In this document: positions 32,957-44,100 of the stretch, one piece after another | Numbering within the stretch: the first letter of the stretch is position 1 | How the letters are laid out: each line of letters begins with the position of its first letter | Assembly: GCA_977017575.1 (NCBI GenBank) | Contig: CDRNVI010000058.1 | Location: forward strand, 1 to 64,000 | Source: Paramoeba atlantica | Taxonomy: Eukaryota; Protista; Discosea | Direction: 5' to 3' | DNA length: 64,000 bases | Translations under genes and position numbers: made by a program | The notes under the pieces: generated by a model | The model's database searches: none | Told to the model about the DNA's origin: nothing | What the model saw: the letters and a program-made list of their open reading frames with translations, nothing else

Positions 32957-35272
32957 TCAAAGATGGTTGTCCGCGTAGTTTATGACGTCCTTCGGTCTAC
33001 AACGCAGTTCTGCTTGCAGCAAAGTCCAGAAAGAAGGAGAAGTCGCCTTGTCAAGATCTTTGTGAAGAGCCGAATCTAATATTTTATCACACGCATTATT
33101 GACCTTTTGAATTTCGTGCATAATATTTTTGGCAGCAATCAGATCCACTTGACAGCCTTCAATAAATTTTATCGACGGCAGTGACTCAAGAAGTGGAGCG
33201 TCGCAGAGCTTTACTCCTCGTCCGAACATGGAAGAATCAACGCAATGATCCCATTGCAGTGGATACACAAGTACTGTTTTCTTATCGGTTATATGCACAA
33301 TAATATTATTTACTTGAAGATTTCCATGAAGAATTCTTTCACCGGACAAATTTCTGAGAAAAGAAAAGAGACGTGATAGAACAGATTCCAGAACGATTTC
33401 CGAGGTATCTTGTTTCACAAAATCCCGCAAAGAAAAGAGCTTACCACTGAATTCCCATATCGTATAACCGATTCTCTCGTCTGGGAGTTCGAAATAGTTG
33501 AGTGATTTCACAGGAAGATCGGTTCGATGAATGGCAGCTTGACTACGCGCAGTTTCACAAGTATCGCTCCACAACCATTTATACAAGACGTAGTGAGCAC
33601 CGGTTCCCATTTTCGTAGCGAAATGTAATGTGCGTCCATCTCTGTCGGGATAGTTTTGATAAATTGTGTACTTTTCATTTTTAATCACTACTTCCGTAGG
33701 AGTCCGCTCGTTCGGAGAAATATGAAATTCACCAGGTAAAACGACAAAGCGCTGTGAGGGTTCCATGCGCGAACAAAATGCCTGTTCTACTTTGTCTTTT
33801 ACAGAACGAATACTTAAAGAACCATCCGCTGTGACCGAAATCAGACCGAGCTTCGACTCTACAGTTTCCATGGTTTTATTAAGAGCGATAGGCCTTTCCA
33901 AAGAAGGGGGTTGAAGTTGGATATTGGCACTACGCAAGTGTACGCCAGCCGTTGTACCGCCCATTTCATATTTTCTGTCTTCTGGACGAGATTCCGAAAT
34001 GGGGCTACCCTTAATGCTTTCCAGAGGTTGTGATGCCCCGGGAGTAGATCTCCCTGAATAAACACTAGCGTCCTCAAGAATATTACTACACTCATCATGA
34101 AGTTCCACGATATCGCTTCCTTTGTGCTTCATACCGTTTTGTTCATCAAGTATTCCGGCATGGTCTTGACTGCCATTAAGGCTACCCCCAAAATCATTTA
34201 CGCGCTTTTCAGAATGGACACGATCAGGCCTCTGAGCACTGGACATACTAACGGGACTGCTTAGTCGACATTTACTAACGTCCTCATACTCTGTTTTTAT
34301 AGATTTGCTATGCGATAAATGTGAAGGAGAAAGGTAATCATATTTTCTCTGTTCTGCGGCTGCTCCGAACACACGAATCGTGTCACGCACAGGGGCGGTG
34401 TTTTCAGCTCCTTCGTTTCGTTCTTCCTGTGAATTCTTAATGTTGTCGGCCAGAACTGCTGAATGAGAAATGCTGTAGACTGTGGATGCTGTAGGCCGAG
34501 GCATCGCGCCCTCTCTAACCTCCGATCCAACATCCTGGTGCAGTAGAGAGTCGAAGGGTGTTTCGTTTATCCCCTTGACACCCACGGGAGATTTTAATAC
34601 GTTTGGTGTCACTGGAGTTGGAGAGGAAAGAGGCGATGGCTGTTCTGACCGGCCCTCTAAAGTTTTTTTAGATTTTGGCAATCTTGGAGACATATGCTTT
34701 TCTTGATTCCGATTCTTTTTGCGACTTGGAGAGTTAATTAAATTCGAGAAGGTTTCAATGTTTCCTGCATTCATCTTGTTCTCGGTGCTTTCAGAATGTG
34801 CATTTTTGACAGGACTCAGGCGCCTCTTCTGGGCTCGTTCATTCTGTGTGACATCACTTTTGATAACGTCCTGCGGTTGTTGAAGTGCGACATATTGTGA
34901 CTGAGGCGGAATAGGAGAAGTACCACGCGATACAAGGCGAGAAAAAGAAACTCGAGGTCGTGGAGGAGTATCATTCTGAGACTCTGACGAGTAAAGTTCC
35001 CTGGCAACCTCACTCGAAGAATTTCCAACACTATTTTTGCCCGCGGCATTCAAAAAATACCGCATCCGCTGCGTGGGTACGTGTAGTGCGCACTGATGCT
35101 CACTATCCCAATAAGGAAACGGAGTGACAAGTGTTTTACCCGGCTTGCTCGGCTGGGGATTTATCCTTCGTTTGGTTGCCGCATCTATATCTTCCTCTCG
35201 CGTAAGAAGAAGTAACCGTGTTTGGTCTCCCATGCGAGGGCGTAGAGCCGCTAGAATAGAATCACAGGACAT
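32957..35272 (-). CDS. Large Ser/Pro-rich protein with a C-terminal divergent kinase-like domain
   Basis: 771-codon ORF; ILHGNLQVNNIIV resembles the catalytic-loop HxDLxxxN but lacks the Asp; no DFG. Confidence 0.7.
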   Translation of the reverse strand: MSCDSILAALRPRMGDQTRLLLLTREEDIDAATKRRINPQPSKPGKTLVTPFPYWDSEHQCALHVPTQRMRYFLNAAGKNSVGNSSSEVARELYSSESQNDTPPRPRVSFSRLVSRGTSPIPPQSQYVALQQPQDVIKSDVTQNERAQKRRLSPVKNAHSESTENKMNAGNIETFSNLINSPSRKKNRNQEKHMSPRLPKSKKTLEGRSEQPSPLSSPTPVTPNVLKSPVGVKGINETPFDSLLHQDVGSEVREGAMPRPTASTVYSISHSAVLADNIKNSQEERNEGAENTAPVRDTIRVFGAAAEQRKYDYLSPSHLSHSKSIKTEYEDVSKCRLSSPVSMSSAQRPDRVHSEKRVNDFGGSLNGSQDHAGILDEQNGMKHKGSDIVELHDECSNILEDASVYSGRSTPGASQPLESIKGSPISESRPEDRKYEMGGTTAGVHLRSANIQLQPPSLERPIALNKTMETVESKLGLISVTADGSLSIRSVKDKVEQAFCSRMEPSQRFVVLPGEFHISPNERTPTEVVIKNEKYTIYQNYPDRDGRTLHFATKMGTGAHYVLYKWLWSDTCETARSQAAIHRTDLPVKSLNYFELPDERIGYTIWEFSGKLFSLRDFVKQDTSEIVLESVLSRLFSFLRNLSGERILHGNLQVNNIIVHITDKKTVLVYPLQWDHCVDSSMFGRGVKLCDAPLLESLPSIKFIEGCQVDLIAAKNIMHEIQKVNNACDKILDSALHKDLDKATSPSFWTLLQAELRCRPKDVINYADNHL

Positions 35273-35516
35273 GCGACTGTAGCATAAAAAATTGTAACCC
35301 TATTCCACAATCTATTCCATCATTTATGATTGTACTCATGAATATCAAAACATTAGTGAGATTCAAAGCTTATAAAATCCGTCTATACATGTAAATGAGA
35401 CATGCAAGACCTCAGCATAAAGAACGTGTTTGAGGGCCAAACTCAAGAAAATCTCCGAAAGGAAAACCCACACACCATTAGAAACCAAAAGTTTGAATGC
35501 TTTGAGACACAAAAAC

Positions 35517-36512
35517 TTATGGTGTGGATTTCTTCTCTCGCAAAGTCTCTACGAGATTCTGAGGCAACTGCTTATTTTGGTACAACGTTTGCATCTCCTC
35601 CACCGTGACATTCTCAGGTCGAATCCATGACCGGGTCCTGAGATAGCGTACCGCACGTTCCTGTGCTACCTCATCCACAGTATGAGGCTGTGACGGGTGG
35701 GAGGCAATCCACAACGCGTGCATCAGCCTTGGATCCCGCAGCCCCTCCTCCAGTTGCTGAGGATTCAAATGACTAAGGTCCGGGTGGTGCACGCGGTAAT
35801 AAAGTGGTGCCTCCTCCAGACTCTTTTTCTCCATCTCTACCCACTGCTCCCAGTGTTGCTTGGTATACTCCTCACACTTTTTTTTATACTCCGTCTCTGT
35901 GATTCCATACACAGGGCTTGACGGGCAATCTACCCCGAGAACACAAACCCCCATCGTACGACACTGTGCCACGAGACGCCGCACCCTCATCTCAATCGGA
36001 GGGTAGTGTGGGTTTCCCCACTCCACTGCCTTCTGCTTTGCGATCTCATACAGCATCTCGAGGGTAATGTAACACACCCATTTTTTCGGATCCGTCTCTC
36101 TTCGTTTTTTGCGAATCGCTCGCAGAATGTACCACGCAGAGGGAGGGCCATCGATGCGCCACTGGAATGACTTGTCCTCATAGACTTGAATCCGGCACAG
36201 AATTTCAATGTCCTCACGAAAGACGGGTTTGGTTCGATCGTTAAACGTTTTTACAAAATCCATGGGCTTGACGCCGAGTTGGGTTAAGTCTTGCCCGAGC
36301 GGGGGACCGGTGGTGGCGCGTCCGGGTTTTAGAAAGTAGCGGTAGTTCGCAATCACTTTACGTGGAGGCTCGGGGTGGGGTGCGAAGTTGTCGCGAAATT
36401 TTTGCTCCAGAGCTTTGGGAAGATATCGGTTGCTACCGGGACGAATGTCTACAGTAGACAATCTTTTTTGTTGGGTGACAGATCTTTGCATGTGGAGGAA
36501 GCGATATTTCAA
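35517..36512 (-). CDS. Mitochondrial ribosomal protein uL11m with a kinetoplastid-type C-terminal extension
   Basis: PGRATTGPPLGQ...GVKPMDFVKTFNDRT, IQVYEDKSFQW...PPSAWYI and ITLEMLYEIAKQK motifs. Confidence 0.85.
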   Translation of the reverse strand: MKYRFLHMQRSVTQQKRLSTVDIRPGSNRYLPKALEQKFRDNFAPHPEPPRKVIANYRYFLKPGRATTGPPLGQDLTQLGVKPMDFVKTFNDRTKPVFREDIEILCRIQVYEDKSFQWRIDGPPSAWYILRAIRKKRRETDPKKWVCYITLEMLYEIAKQKAVEWGNPHYPPIEMRVRRLVAQCRTMGVCVLGVDCPSSPVYGITETEYKKKCEEYTKQHWEQWVEMEKKSLEEAPLYYRVHHPDLSHLNPQQLEEGLRDPRLMHALWIASHPSQPHTVDEVAQERAVRYLRTRSWIRPENVTVEEMQTLYQNKQLPQNLVETLREKKSTP

Positions 36513-36640
36513 AAAGTTTTGGATAAAATGTTTAAGATAAGTAAAGTAAGATCACATGCGACAAGGTTCTGTGAAGAAAATATGGCTTTGTAGATAGTAT
36601 TCTCACCACTTAGGAGCGCGCACGAAAAGGGTTCTTTATT

Positions 36641-37456
36641 TTACGATGACACATTTTCGATTTTGGTGCCACGAATGGAAACTAAACTTGAAGAAGAGTA
36701 ATCCACAATACCATGAAGCTCAGAATTCCCGTGCAGAGCAAGGGTTTCTAGTCTTGGAGGAAGATTATCGAACTGAACCAAACCTGAAAAACAATTGTTC
36801 TTGCAGCTCAGAACTTCAAGGGACACGGGCAAGTGCTGCAAATCAAGATTTCCGGTGAACTTGTTGTCGTGCAATACGAGTACGGTCATAATTTGGGGCA
36901 AAACGTCGAGGACTATATCGCCAGAAAGCGTATTAGATGAAAATTCTCTAAGAGAAGGCGGTAAAAGCGTCAGATCTACATTTCCTTCGAAGCGATTTTT
37001 ATTGAAATTCGCGTGCTCCAAAGTGCATGGCAAACGTGTTAGGTCTAGTCCCCCATCAAATTTGTTATGACCAATTTTTAGAATGTTGAGATTTGAGGGC
37101 AAGAGATCCAATTGTACCGGTCCGGATAACTCATTACGACCTATGTCGAGTGAACGTATTGTTTGGGGTAAAAACTCAAAGCCGAATGAGCACTCGTGAA
37201 ATTCAAATAATGAAAGATCTTTAAAGCTCCAGTGTATGTCTTCAACGTGCATGTCTTGATCACATGTCACACCGTTCCACTCACATGCAGATGTCGATGC
37301 ATTCCAGGAGCGATGTGGATTTTCAATGTTGCGAACAACTCGTTCTAATTCATATTCCTGGGGTAAGTTCGCTCCTCGTACCTTACTTGGAAGTCTACAC
37401 GGGACTCTGACAATGTCAGATGCATGAAAACAGGAATGGAAAAGGATGTCCACCAT
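36641..37456 (-). CDS. Leucine-rich repeat protein with a Cys cap
   Basis: ACEWNGVTCD cap and repeated LP..L..L.I..N.F.G.LDL units. Confidence 0.85.
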   Translation of the reverse strand: MVDILFHSCFHASDIVRVPCRLPSKVRGANLPQEYELERVVRNIENPHRSWNASTSACEWNGVTCDQDMHVEDIHWSFKDLSLFEFHECSFGFEFLPQTIRSLDIGRNELSGPVQLDLLPSNLNILKIGHNKFDGGLDLTRLPCTLEHANFNKNRFEGNVDLTLLPPSLREFSSNTLSGDIVLDVLPQIMTVLVLHDNKFTGNLDLQHLPVSLEVLSCKNNCFSGLVQFDNLPPRLETLALHGNSELHGIVDYSSSSLVSIRGTKIENVSS

Positions 37457-38513
37457 AAAAGTTCTGAGTAGCTGTAAAAAATTAGGAGAAACGTTGGTTA
37501 GGAACCGCCTTTCTTCGTTTTTTGTATTTAATTTTTAGGGGTAACACGATGAATATTTCAATTATTGACGTGAAAAATGTTGAATGTTTTGTTTGCTATT
37601 GTCGACAACAAATAAAAGTTCAAAAAAATAAAATTTCCGCGCCTTGTAAACGAAAGTCTCGGTGAAAGTTTCTCGGTGAAAGTCTGGATGCGTGAATTGA
37701 AGGCGCGTATCATATTGAGAATCGCGGTGATTCGATCACCCCAAGTCAGCCCCAGCTCATTTCTTTTACTTCTTTGTCCCTTACTAGGACTAGTAAACTC
37801 GCTAATGTTGCCTTATGTGGTGTACGTGCTTGCCCCGGGAAAAAGTGGACATCTAGTTTTGAAGCAAGTTCTTTAAAGCAAGGGAAGGACTCGTCCTTTT
37901 TGAAAGGTTTCAGGTTCGTGGACATTGTTTCACCATTTTCCTAGTTGGGCCACCACCCCATTGCACCCCTTTGGGCCACCACCCTTGCACGGCGGCCTGT
38001 CGAAATGCCGTACCGAGGTCATCCAAGAGGCAATGCGCAGCACCTTCAGCCTCTGGTTGAAGCGAGAATCCCCTGAATGGGATGAGAAAACTATAGGCTT
38101 GTGAGCAAACAGGCAGACGACGTCATATGCGTACGTCTGTCTGGTCGTTATTACTCTACAGGTATTGCCCCGTATAGATATATACAGGGCATATATAAAG
38201 ATCTTATATATATCATATATAGTATATATGATATAAATAAATTTATTATATGTATATATTATATACATCTGAGCATTGCCCCTCTGTACAGCCCCCTCCC
38301 CCCATGAAAACCATTTTCATCAATTTTACGTTTGGTTAAATAATCAGAGCGATACGTGTGTAACATAAAAAAAGGACCTTTATAAGTGTTCGTCATACCT
38401 TTCGCACTCGAATTTGCTCCAAAAAATGTGACAGGAGTTTTCTAAAAGACACGGTATGCGTCGGTATTGTAGAAAAATTCTGTATTCATTACGTGAGTGT
38501 TTATTTCCCACAC

Positions 38514-40721
38514 TCATGTCTCACAAAGATACATATTCTGAAACACGTATCGCGAGAGTGCTCTGATAAGGGGGTATGGCAAGTGATCTCTTATCATTTC
38601 AGTAGTAACAAGTATCTGGTTGTACTCCTCAGTACTTACCCTTCTTGCAGTGTAGAGAGTGTCGTATGAAAGTGGAGAAGAATTCACCATTAAGAAACTT
38701 CCCCAGTTTGCACGTTCCCATTCTCGTTCTTGAATGCCAAATGATTTGAAGCGATCGCTTTTTTCCGCAATCTTGTCAAGCTGGAGCATATTATCGGGAG
38801 GACACATTGGAAGATTTTCACCAGGAACCATATTTATAAGAGACTTCGCAAGAGCTTGAGATTCTGCTGAGGCATGTGTACACACGCCCAGATCATCCCC
38901 AAATGACTCTTCTGTGGCATTATACAAAAAGTTCGACTTGTGAGCTCTACAACACGTCAAGAGAATTTGATACTTTACGCATGCAGCGTGAGAGATAGCA
39001 ACAATGAGTTGCCTTTGTAATCTATTCACAGTCGACTGACTTAGGCGAGGGACAATATCTTTCCCGAAAGAGACGGCCTTGACGTATGAACTCGCGTGTC
39101 TTGCGAGCACTGGACTTAAGAGACCGCCAGGGGGAGCAAAGGCAAGTGCAGTGACACGAGATGCTAGTAATGGATATCGCTGTCGTAATACAGTTGCAAT
39201 AAGAGTAGCCACTCCGGCACCCAGTGAATGACCCAATACCACAATTTTGTATCCGCAATATGGAAATTCACTCATTATTTGGTGAAGTATCCCGGCATCC
39301 TCCAATACCTGTATCACATTATTTGCCGCTTTCAACATTCCGGAATGAGCATACGTATCAATAGTAGGCCAATGCTTTTCAATTTTCTCTTTTTTAAACT
39401 CAGGAATTTCAATAGGCTGTGATACCCCATTAATGGGACACTCCGCGGGCTGACAATAAACATCTGTGATACAATCCGCCAGGCTTGTCGTGCCTCGTAT
39501 GGCAATAATAATCTCCTTTCGACTCTTAAGCGTGGCGACATAAAAAGAAGGCAAGCATATGCGATTCCCAAACCAGCAGTACAGCACTTCACTGGGAGAC
39601 AGACCTGTGCAGGCAAGCATGGCGTTGATATCCATGGGGGAAACGGGTGACCTTGAGCGCACGCTTCCTGACAAGCAGGAAAATTTGGAATACACGAACT
39701 GTCGAAAAAGCGTCAAGGGAGCAAAAAAACCGTCCCTCCACCAATATAAAATCGAACCGTAGGCTCCAAGAAAGTATTTCACATATTCGTGCATGTCCCG
39801 TGCGTGCTGAATCAAAGGGTTGATCTCTTCATGCGACGGAGTTGTGGAGCCAAGTAAACCTTGCCGCCGTTGTAGTGCGTTGAGCAGAACGAGCCCTGCG
39901 GCAACATCCGAGGGAGAGACGTCCACGTCACGAAAAACCTCCAGTACGGCACTCGAGGCGTGATGGAGTGCGTCCACGTCCTCATCGAATCGTATCGACG
40001 ATGTCGCTTCCTGGGAAAGCGCATCATACCATAGCCAATGTAAAAATCGGACGCTGGGATGCCTCAACTTGGATGGCTGCATTTCTGTGGGAGCCACTTG
40101 AATCAAACTCATGGAGGACTTCCCGTGCCCGTAGAAGTTGACCCAAAGCAACATGTAGAATGCGGGAACGATAGAAAAGATTCCATTGCCAATAAGACAA
40201 AGTGTCATGAGGCGAGAGCACGAGCTATCATAGGTGGTTGTGTTCAAAGGTGAGAAGGACCATGACCGTAATACGCCGTACCACCCAAGTATGCCGCTCA
40301 ACACGATCAGGGGAAGAAGGAGATTCAGAAAGACCGGTACGAGGCGGCGTTTGGAGGGCTCGAAAGGAAGTCCACGCGAACTAAAAAATGTGAGCCCTAT
40401 AAAGCATAAGAACTGTCCAGCGATAAGAATACCACTGCATAAAAAATATGTCTTGATAGAATTGTCTAAAATGATACTGAGAGGCCGATGCTCACTAGTA
40501 TTCTCTGACTCTAGTGACGGAGAGAACGGAATTGAATTCCTCTCACGCGTATCAAAAAGTTGAGTTTGACCGAAATCCGACTGTAATTTTACATACGACA
40601 TAAAGAAGTTGAGAAAGAGACATAACCACACGAAGGAAAGTAAACCCATGAGTGCTCCGGGAAGGACGAAATCATCACACGAGATATTCCACCGTCGATG
40701 AAGCCAACGTAGTCTAGGCAT
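38514..40721 (-). CDS. Membrane lipase class 3 / diacylglycerol lipase-like
   Basis: Four N-terminal hydrophobic segments; IIIAIRGTTSLADCITD, HSGM, GHSLGAG and KDIVPRLS motifs; late RDHLP. Confidence 0.88.
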   Translation of the reverse strand: MPRLRWLHRRWNISCDDFVLPGALMGLLSFVWLCLFLNFFMSYVKLQSDFGQTQLFDTRERNSIPFSPSLESENTSEHRPLSIILDNSIKTYFLCSGILIAGQFLCFIGLTFFSSRGLPFEPSKRRLVPVFLNLLLPLIVLSGILGWYGVLRSWSFSPLNTTTYDSSCSRLMTLCLIGNGIFSIVPAFYMLLWVNFYGHGKSSMSLIQVAPTEMQPSKLRHPSVRFLHWLWYDALSQEATSSIRFDEDVDALHHASSAVLEVFRDVDVSPSDVAAGLVLLNALQRRQGLLGSTTPSHEEINPLIQHARDMHEYVKYFLGAYGSILYWWRDGFFAPLTLFRQFVYSKFSCLSGSVRSRSPVSPMDINAMLACTGLSPSEVLYCWFGNRICLPSFYVATLKSRKEIIIAIRGTTSLADCITDVYCQPAECPINGVSQPIEIPEFKKEKIEKHWPTIDTYAHSGMLKAANNVIQVLEDAGILHQIMSEFPYCGYKIVVLGHSLGAGVATLIATVLRQRYPLLASRVTALAFAPPGGLLSPVLARHASSYVKAVSFGKDIVPRLSQSTVNRLQRQLIVAISHAACVKYQILLTCCRAHKSNFLYNATEESFGDDLGVCTHASAESQALAKSLINMVPGENLPMCPPDNMLQLDKIAEKSDRFKSFGIQEREWERANWGSFLMVNSSPLSYDTLYTARRVSTEEYNQILVTTEMIRDHLPYPLIRALSRYVFQNMYLCET

Positions 40722-41122
40722 CGTAAATCCGTGTTAAAAGGTTGTGAAGAACTCAGCAGCGTCGAAATATACGATTCTTTTTGTGCTCAAACAATGATTC
40801 TGATACTTGAAGATTCATACCTAAAAATGTTTAATTAATTCTTGCACTTCTTTCTTTCGCTATGCAAACGTGCCTAGCTTTGCCCCAAATAGAGTGAACA
40901 AAGTGAGAATAGCGTTCGACGTTTTAGTAGATTTAATACCTCATTGATTATCTAGAATATACAGACTGTACTAGAGCGAATGAAACGTATTGTGCGTATT
41001 GTACACCAGAACGCATACGATAAACTTTGTAGAATAAGTCTACAATATACAGGTAGAAAAATTTTAATCCAAGAAAAAGTAACTGCCAACCATCACACTG
41101 ACTTTGGGAATCTAGAGCAATC

Positions 41123-44100
41123 TTAACTAGAAATTTTCCTGCGTTTGATTGCTTCTTGCGATTCACTAGAGTCTGTGCTTTTCCCAGCCAGCATCACCCT
41201 GTTCTCAAGCTGTGCGCGCACATGAGATGGGTTCAGTGCAATACTAGTGGTGCAGTCACGCACCTTGCAGACTCCAAGAAGCTGATGTGCAAGTTCAAAC
41301 ATTGCGTTTCGCAAAGACACAATAATAAACTGCGCACAAATGGCCTGATTGAGAACGTACCGAGCCACAATTGCAACGTTACGAAAATCTAAAGCGGCGT
41401 CAATTTCGTCCATGATGTACAGCGGAGTAGGTTTGAAATGGTGGAGTGCAAATACAAAGCTTAAGGATGCCAATGTTTTTTCTCCGCCTGATAGTTGTCC
41501 TATTTGTTTCCAAGATTTTCTAGCAGGCCGCACTGTAAAGTTTATACCATCAAAAGGATCGTGCATATCGACAAGTTCCAAGTCAGCGTCCCCGCCCTGG
41601 GTTAACATTTGATACAGAGATCTCAGACGACTTCGTATGTCCTCGAAGGCAACGAAAAATTCCTTTTTCCTCCGATCTTGAAGCTCACAGACGCTCTTCT
41701 CTGCTTCGACAGTCTTGTTATGTATTTCTTCGTATTCTGCCTTGGATGAGCGCCACTGGGTGTCTTTTTCCTTCCATCTTGCAACACTTTGCAAGTCAAT
41801 GGTGTCTCTCACGCGATCTATCTCCATCTTCAGTTGCTCGGCCAAATATTTTTGATGTTTAAAGTCTTGCCGTGCCAATTCCTCAGAGGACAAACATGTG
41901 CTAAACCGTTTCGTATCTGCATTCGCTAGTTCTTCTACCTTTTCGGAATGGGCTTTACTTCCCTCCGATGTTTCATCAAGCACAACAACTTCATCGCCAA
42001 ACTCACTGTAGTTCTCAAATATTTTTTCCTCACATGTTTTAATAGCTTGCTCGTATTTTTCTAATCCTTTTCGACGCTCTTCAATAGCGTCTTGTAGAGA
42101 TTTAATCTTTTCTTGTACATCTTGCTCTTCGTTTTCTAAACGTTTCACCTCTGTAATCGCATTTCGCAGTGTATCGTCGCCACGTCGCTTGACCTCAAAA
42201 GAGTCCTCTATTTCGTGTTCTTTGTCGTTCAAGTTGGATTTAATCTTGTTTAACGTTTTTTGCAGAGCATTGAGCTTCTCAGTCTCAGAGCGTGTAGTAA
42301 CACCTCTTTGATTTTCTAGTGACGCTTCAAGATCGTGCTTTTCCCGAAGCTTAGTATTTTTCATACTAGTCAGCTTTGCCTCATTTTTCTTCGCCTCCAT
42401 GAGTTTTGTCTCTTGTTCTGTAACAGTTTTTTTATCCTGCTGGATTTGCTCTTGAATGCGCCTGTATTCAGGGCCACCGATATCTTCCAATGCTTTATCA
42501 AGAATTTCAAGTTCCCTTTTATATTTTTCACAATCTTGATCTATTTTAAGCCTACGACTAACTAGCGATTCTTTTTCTCCGATTAGTCTTTTGTGCTCAG
42601 TAGATTCTACAGCTCTCTTTGATTTCTCATAGTTTGCCAGCGCGCTACTGCAAAGCTTTTCGGCTCGGGAGAGATTAAGTGTTTCAGTGCGATGACGCAT
42701 AGTGGTCTCTTGTAATTGTCTCCGCAATTCCTCATAAGAGCGAGCACTCCGCTCTTCACTTCCACGAAGATTGGTTAACATTTCCCTTAGCTTCAAGACT
42801 TCTGAGTGAGCGTTCTGTAGTTGAGTTTGAAGATTTTGCAACTCTTGTCGTACATTCTGATTCTTTCTGGTTGGCACGGAGCTTGCGTTCAATCCTGCCC
42901 CTTGAGGTCTCGCTTGACCCCCGCCTGTAACTTGTCCTACAGGATCCACTACTTCACCTGCAAGTGTCACAACTCGGCTACGCGTCTTACCTCCCAAACC
43001 AATGGAGCGGGCCACATGCAAAGTTGTGGTCACTAATGTGTCACGCACTGCAAAATAAAAAGCTGGAAGAAAACGAACATCGACGGGTTTGATTAGATCA
43101 AACAGGCGCGTTGATTGTGAGGGAGGCGCAAAAGGTTGCGCTAATCTCGTGCTGTGCTCTTTCTTTTGATGTGCAAGTACTATGAAGCTGGCGCGACCAA
43201 TGTCGTTTTTGCGAAGATGTTGTATGGCCTGTTGAGCAACATTTTCATCCTCAACTACATGATACGTCCAGTAGGCGCCAGCCGCAACACCAGCCGCAAT
43301 GTCGTATCGATCGTCGATGGAACCCAATCTACGAAGTGGACCATAGTAACCATCAATTCCCTGCTCTTCAAGAAATTTCGTAATTTTGTCGTCTCCTTGA
43401 GAGACTATAAAGTCTTGCTTAATAGCATCAATTTGAGCAACTAGATCTGCTTTTCGCTGCTGTGCGACATCCAAATCTTTCTCTAGCTTCGCCGCCGAGT
43501 GCATTGATCTAAGACGCTTCTGTTCCTCAATTTGCTTTTCAATAGTACATATAGATTGATGAGCAGTTTCTATTTGTTGTCGCATTTCCTCCATCTTCGA
43601 ATTTTCAGATTTGCATTCGCGATGTTTAATTTCAACATTTTCTTGACTCACTCGTAGAGTATCCTCAATGGTATTCAGGGAATTCGTAATTTTGTTGTGC
43701 TCCGCGGTCCAGGGGGCAAGCTGTTTCATTTGTTCTTCCTTTTTCCGACGAATGGGCCTCATTTTCTCCTGCAGGCTGCTTGTCATTTGATCAAATTGGG
43801 GATCCAAACGATCTCGACGTTCTGAAGCTTCTTCCATGTTTCTCAGAGCAATCTTTTTGTCCCTTTCAATGTCATCTAACTGAAGAGATATGCGTGACAT
43901 TTCATCATTCAATTTCTTAATCTTATCATACTGTCGCTTCTCCTCCTTCTCAGAGTGCTCCAGTTGCATTTTAATGTCTTGAGCTTCCCGCTCATTCGAA
44001 TCTTTTTGGGCTTGCAAATCTTGTTGTTCCTTTTGATATTGTCGAATCTGTTTGTTAAGTTTGTTTAAGTTTTCGGTTTTGGCGTCAACCGTATCTTCGA

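Noticed and set aside
38205-38235. AT palindrome TATATCATATATA-G-TATATATGATATA (and a smaller one near 58672-58688)
   Set aside because: Expected in AT/TA-rich intergenic microsatellite; no further support.
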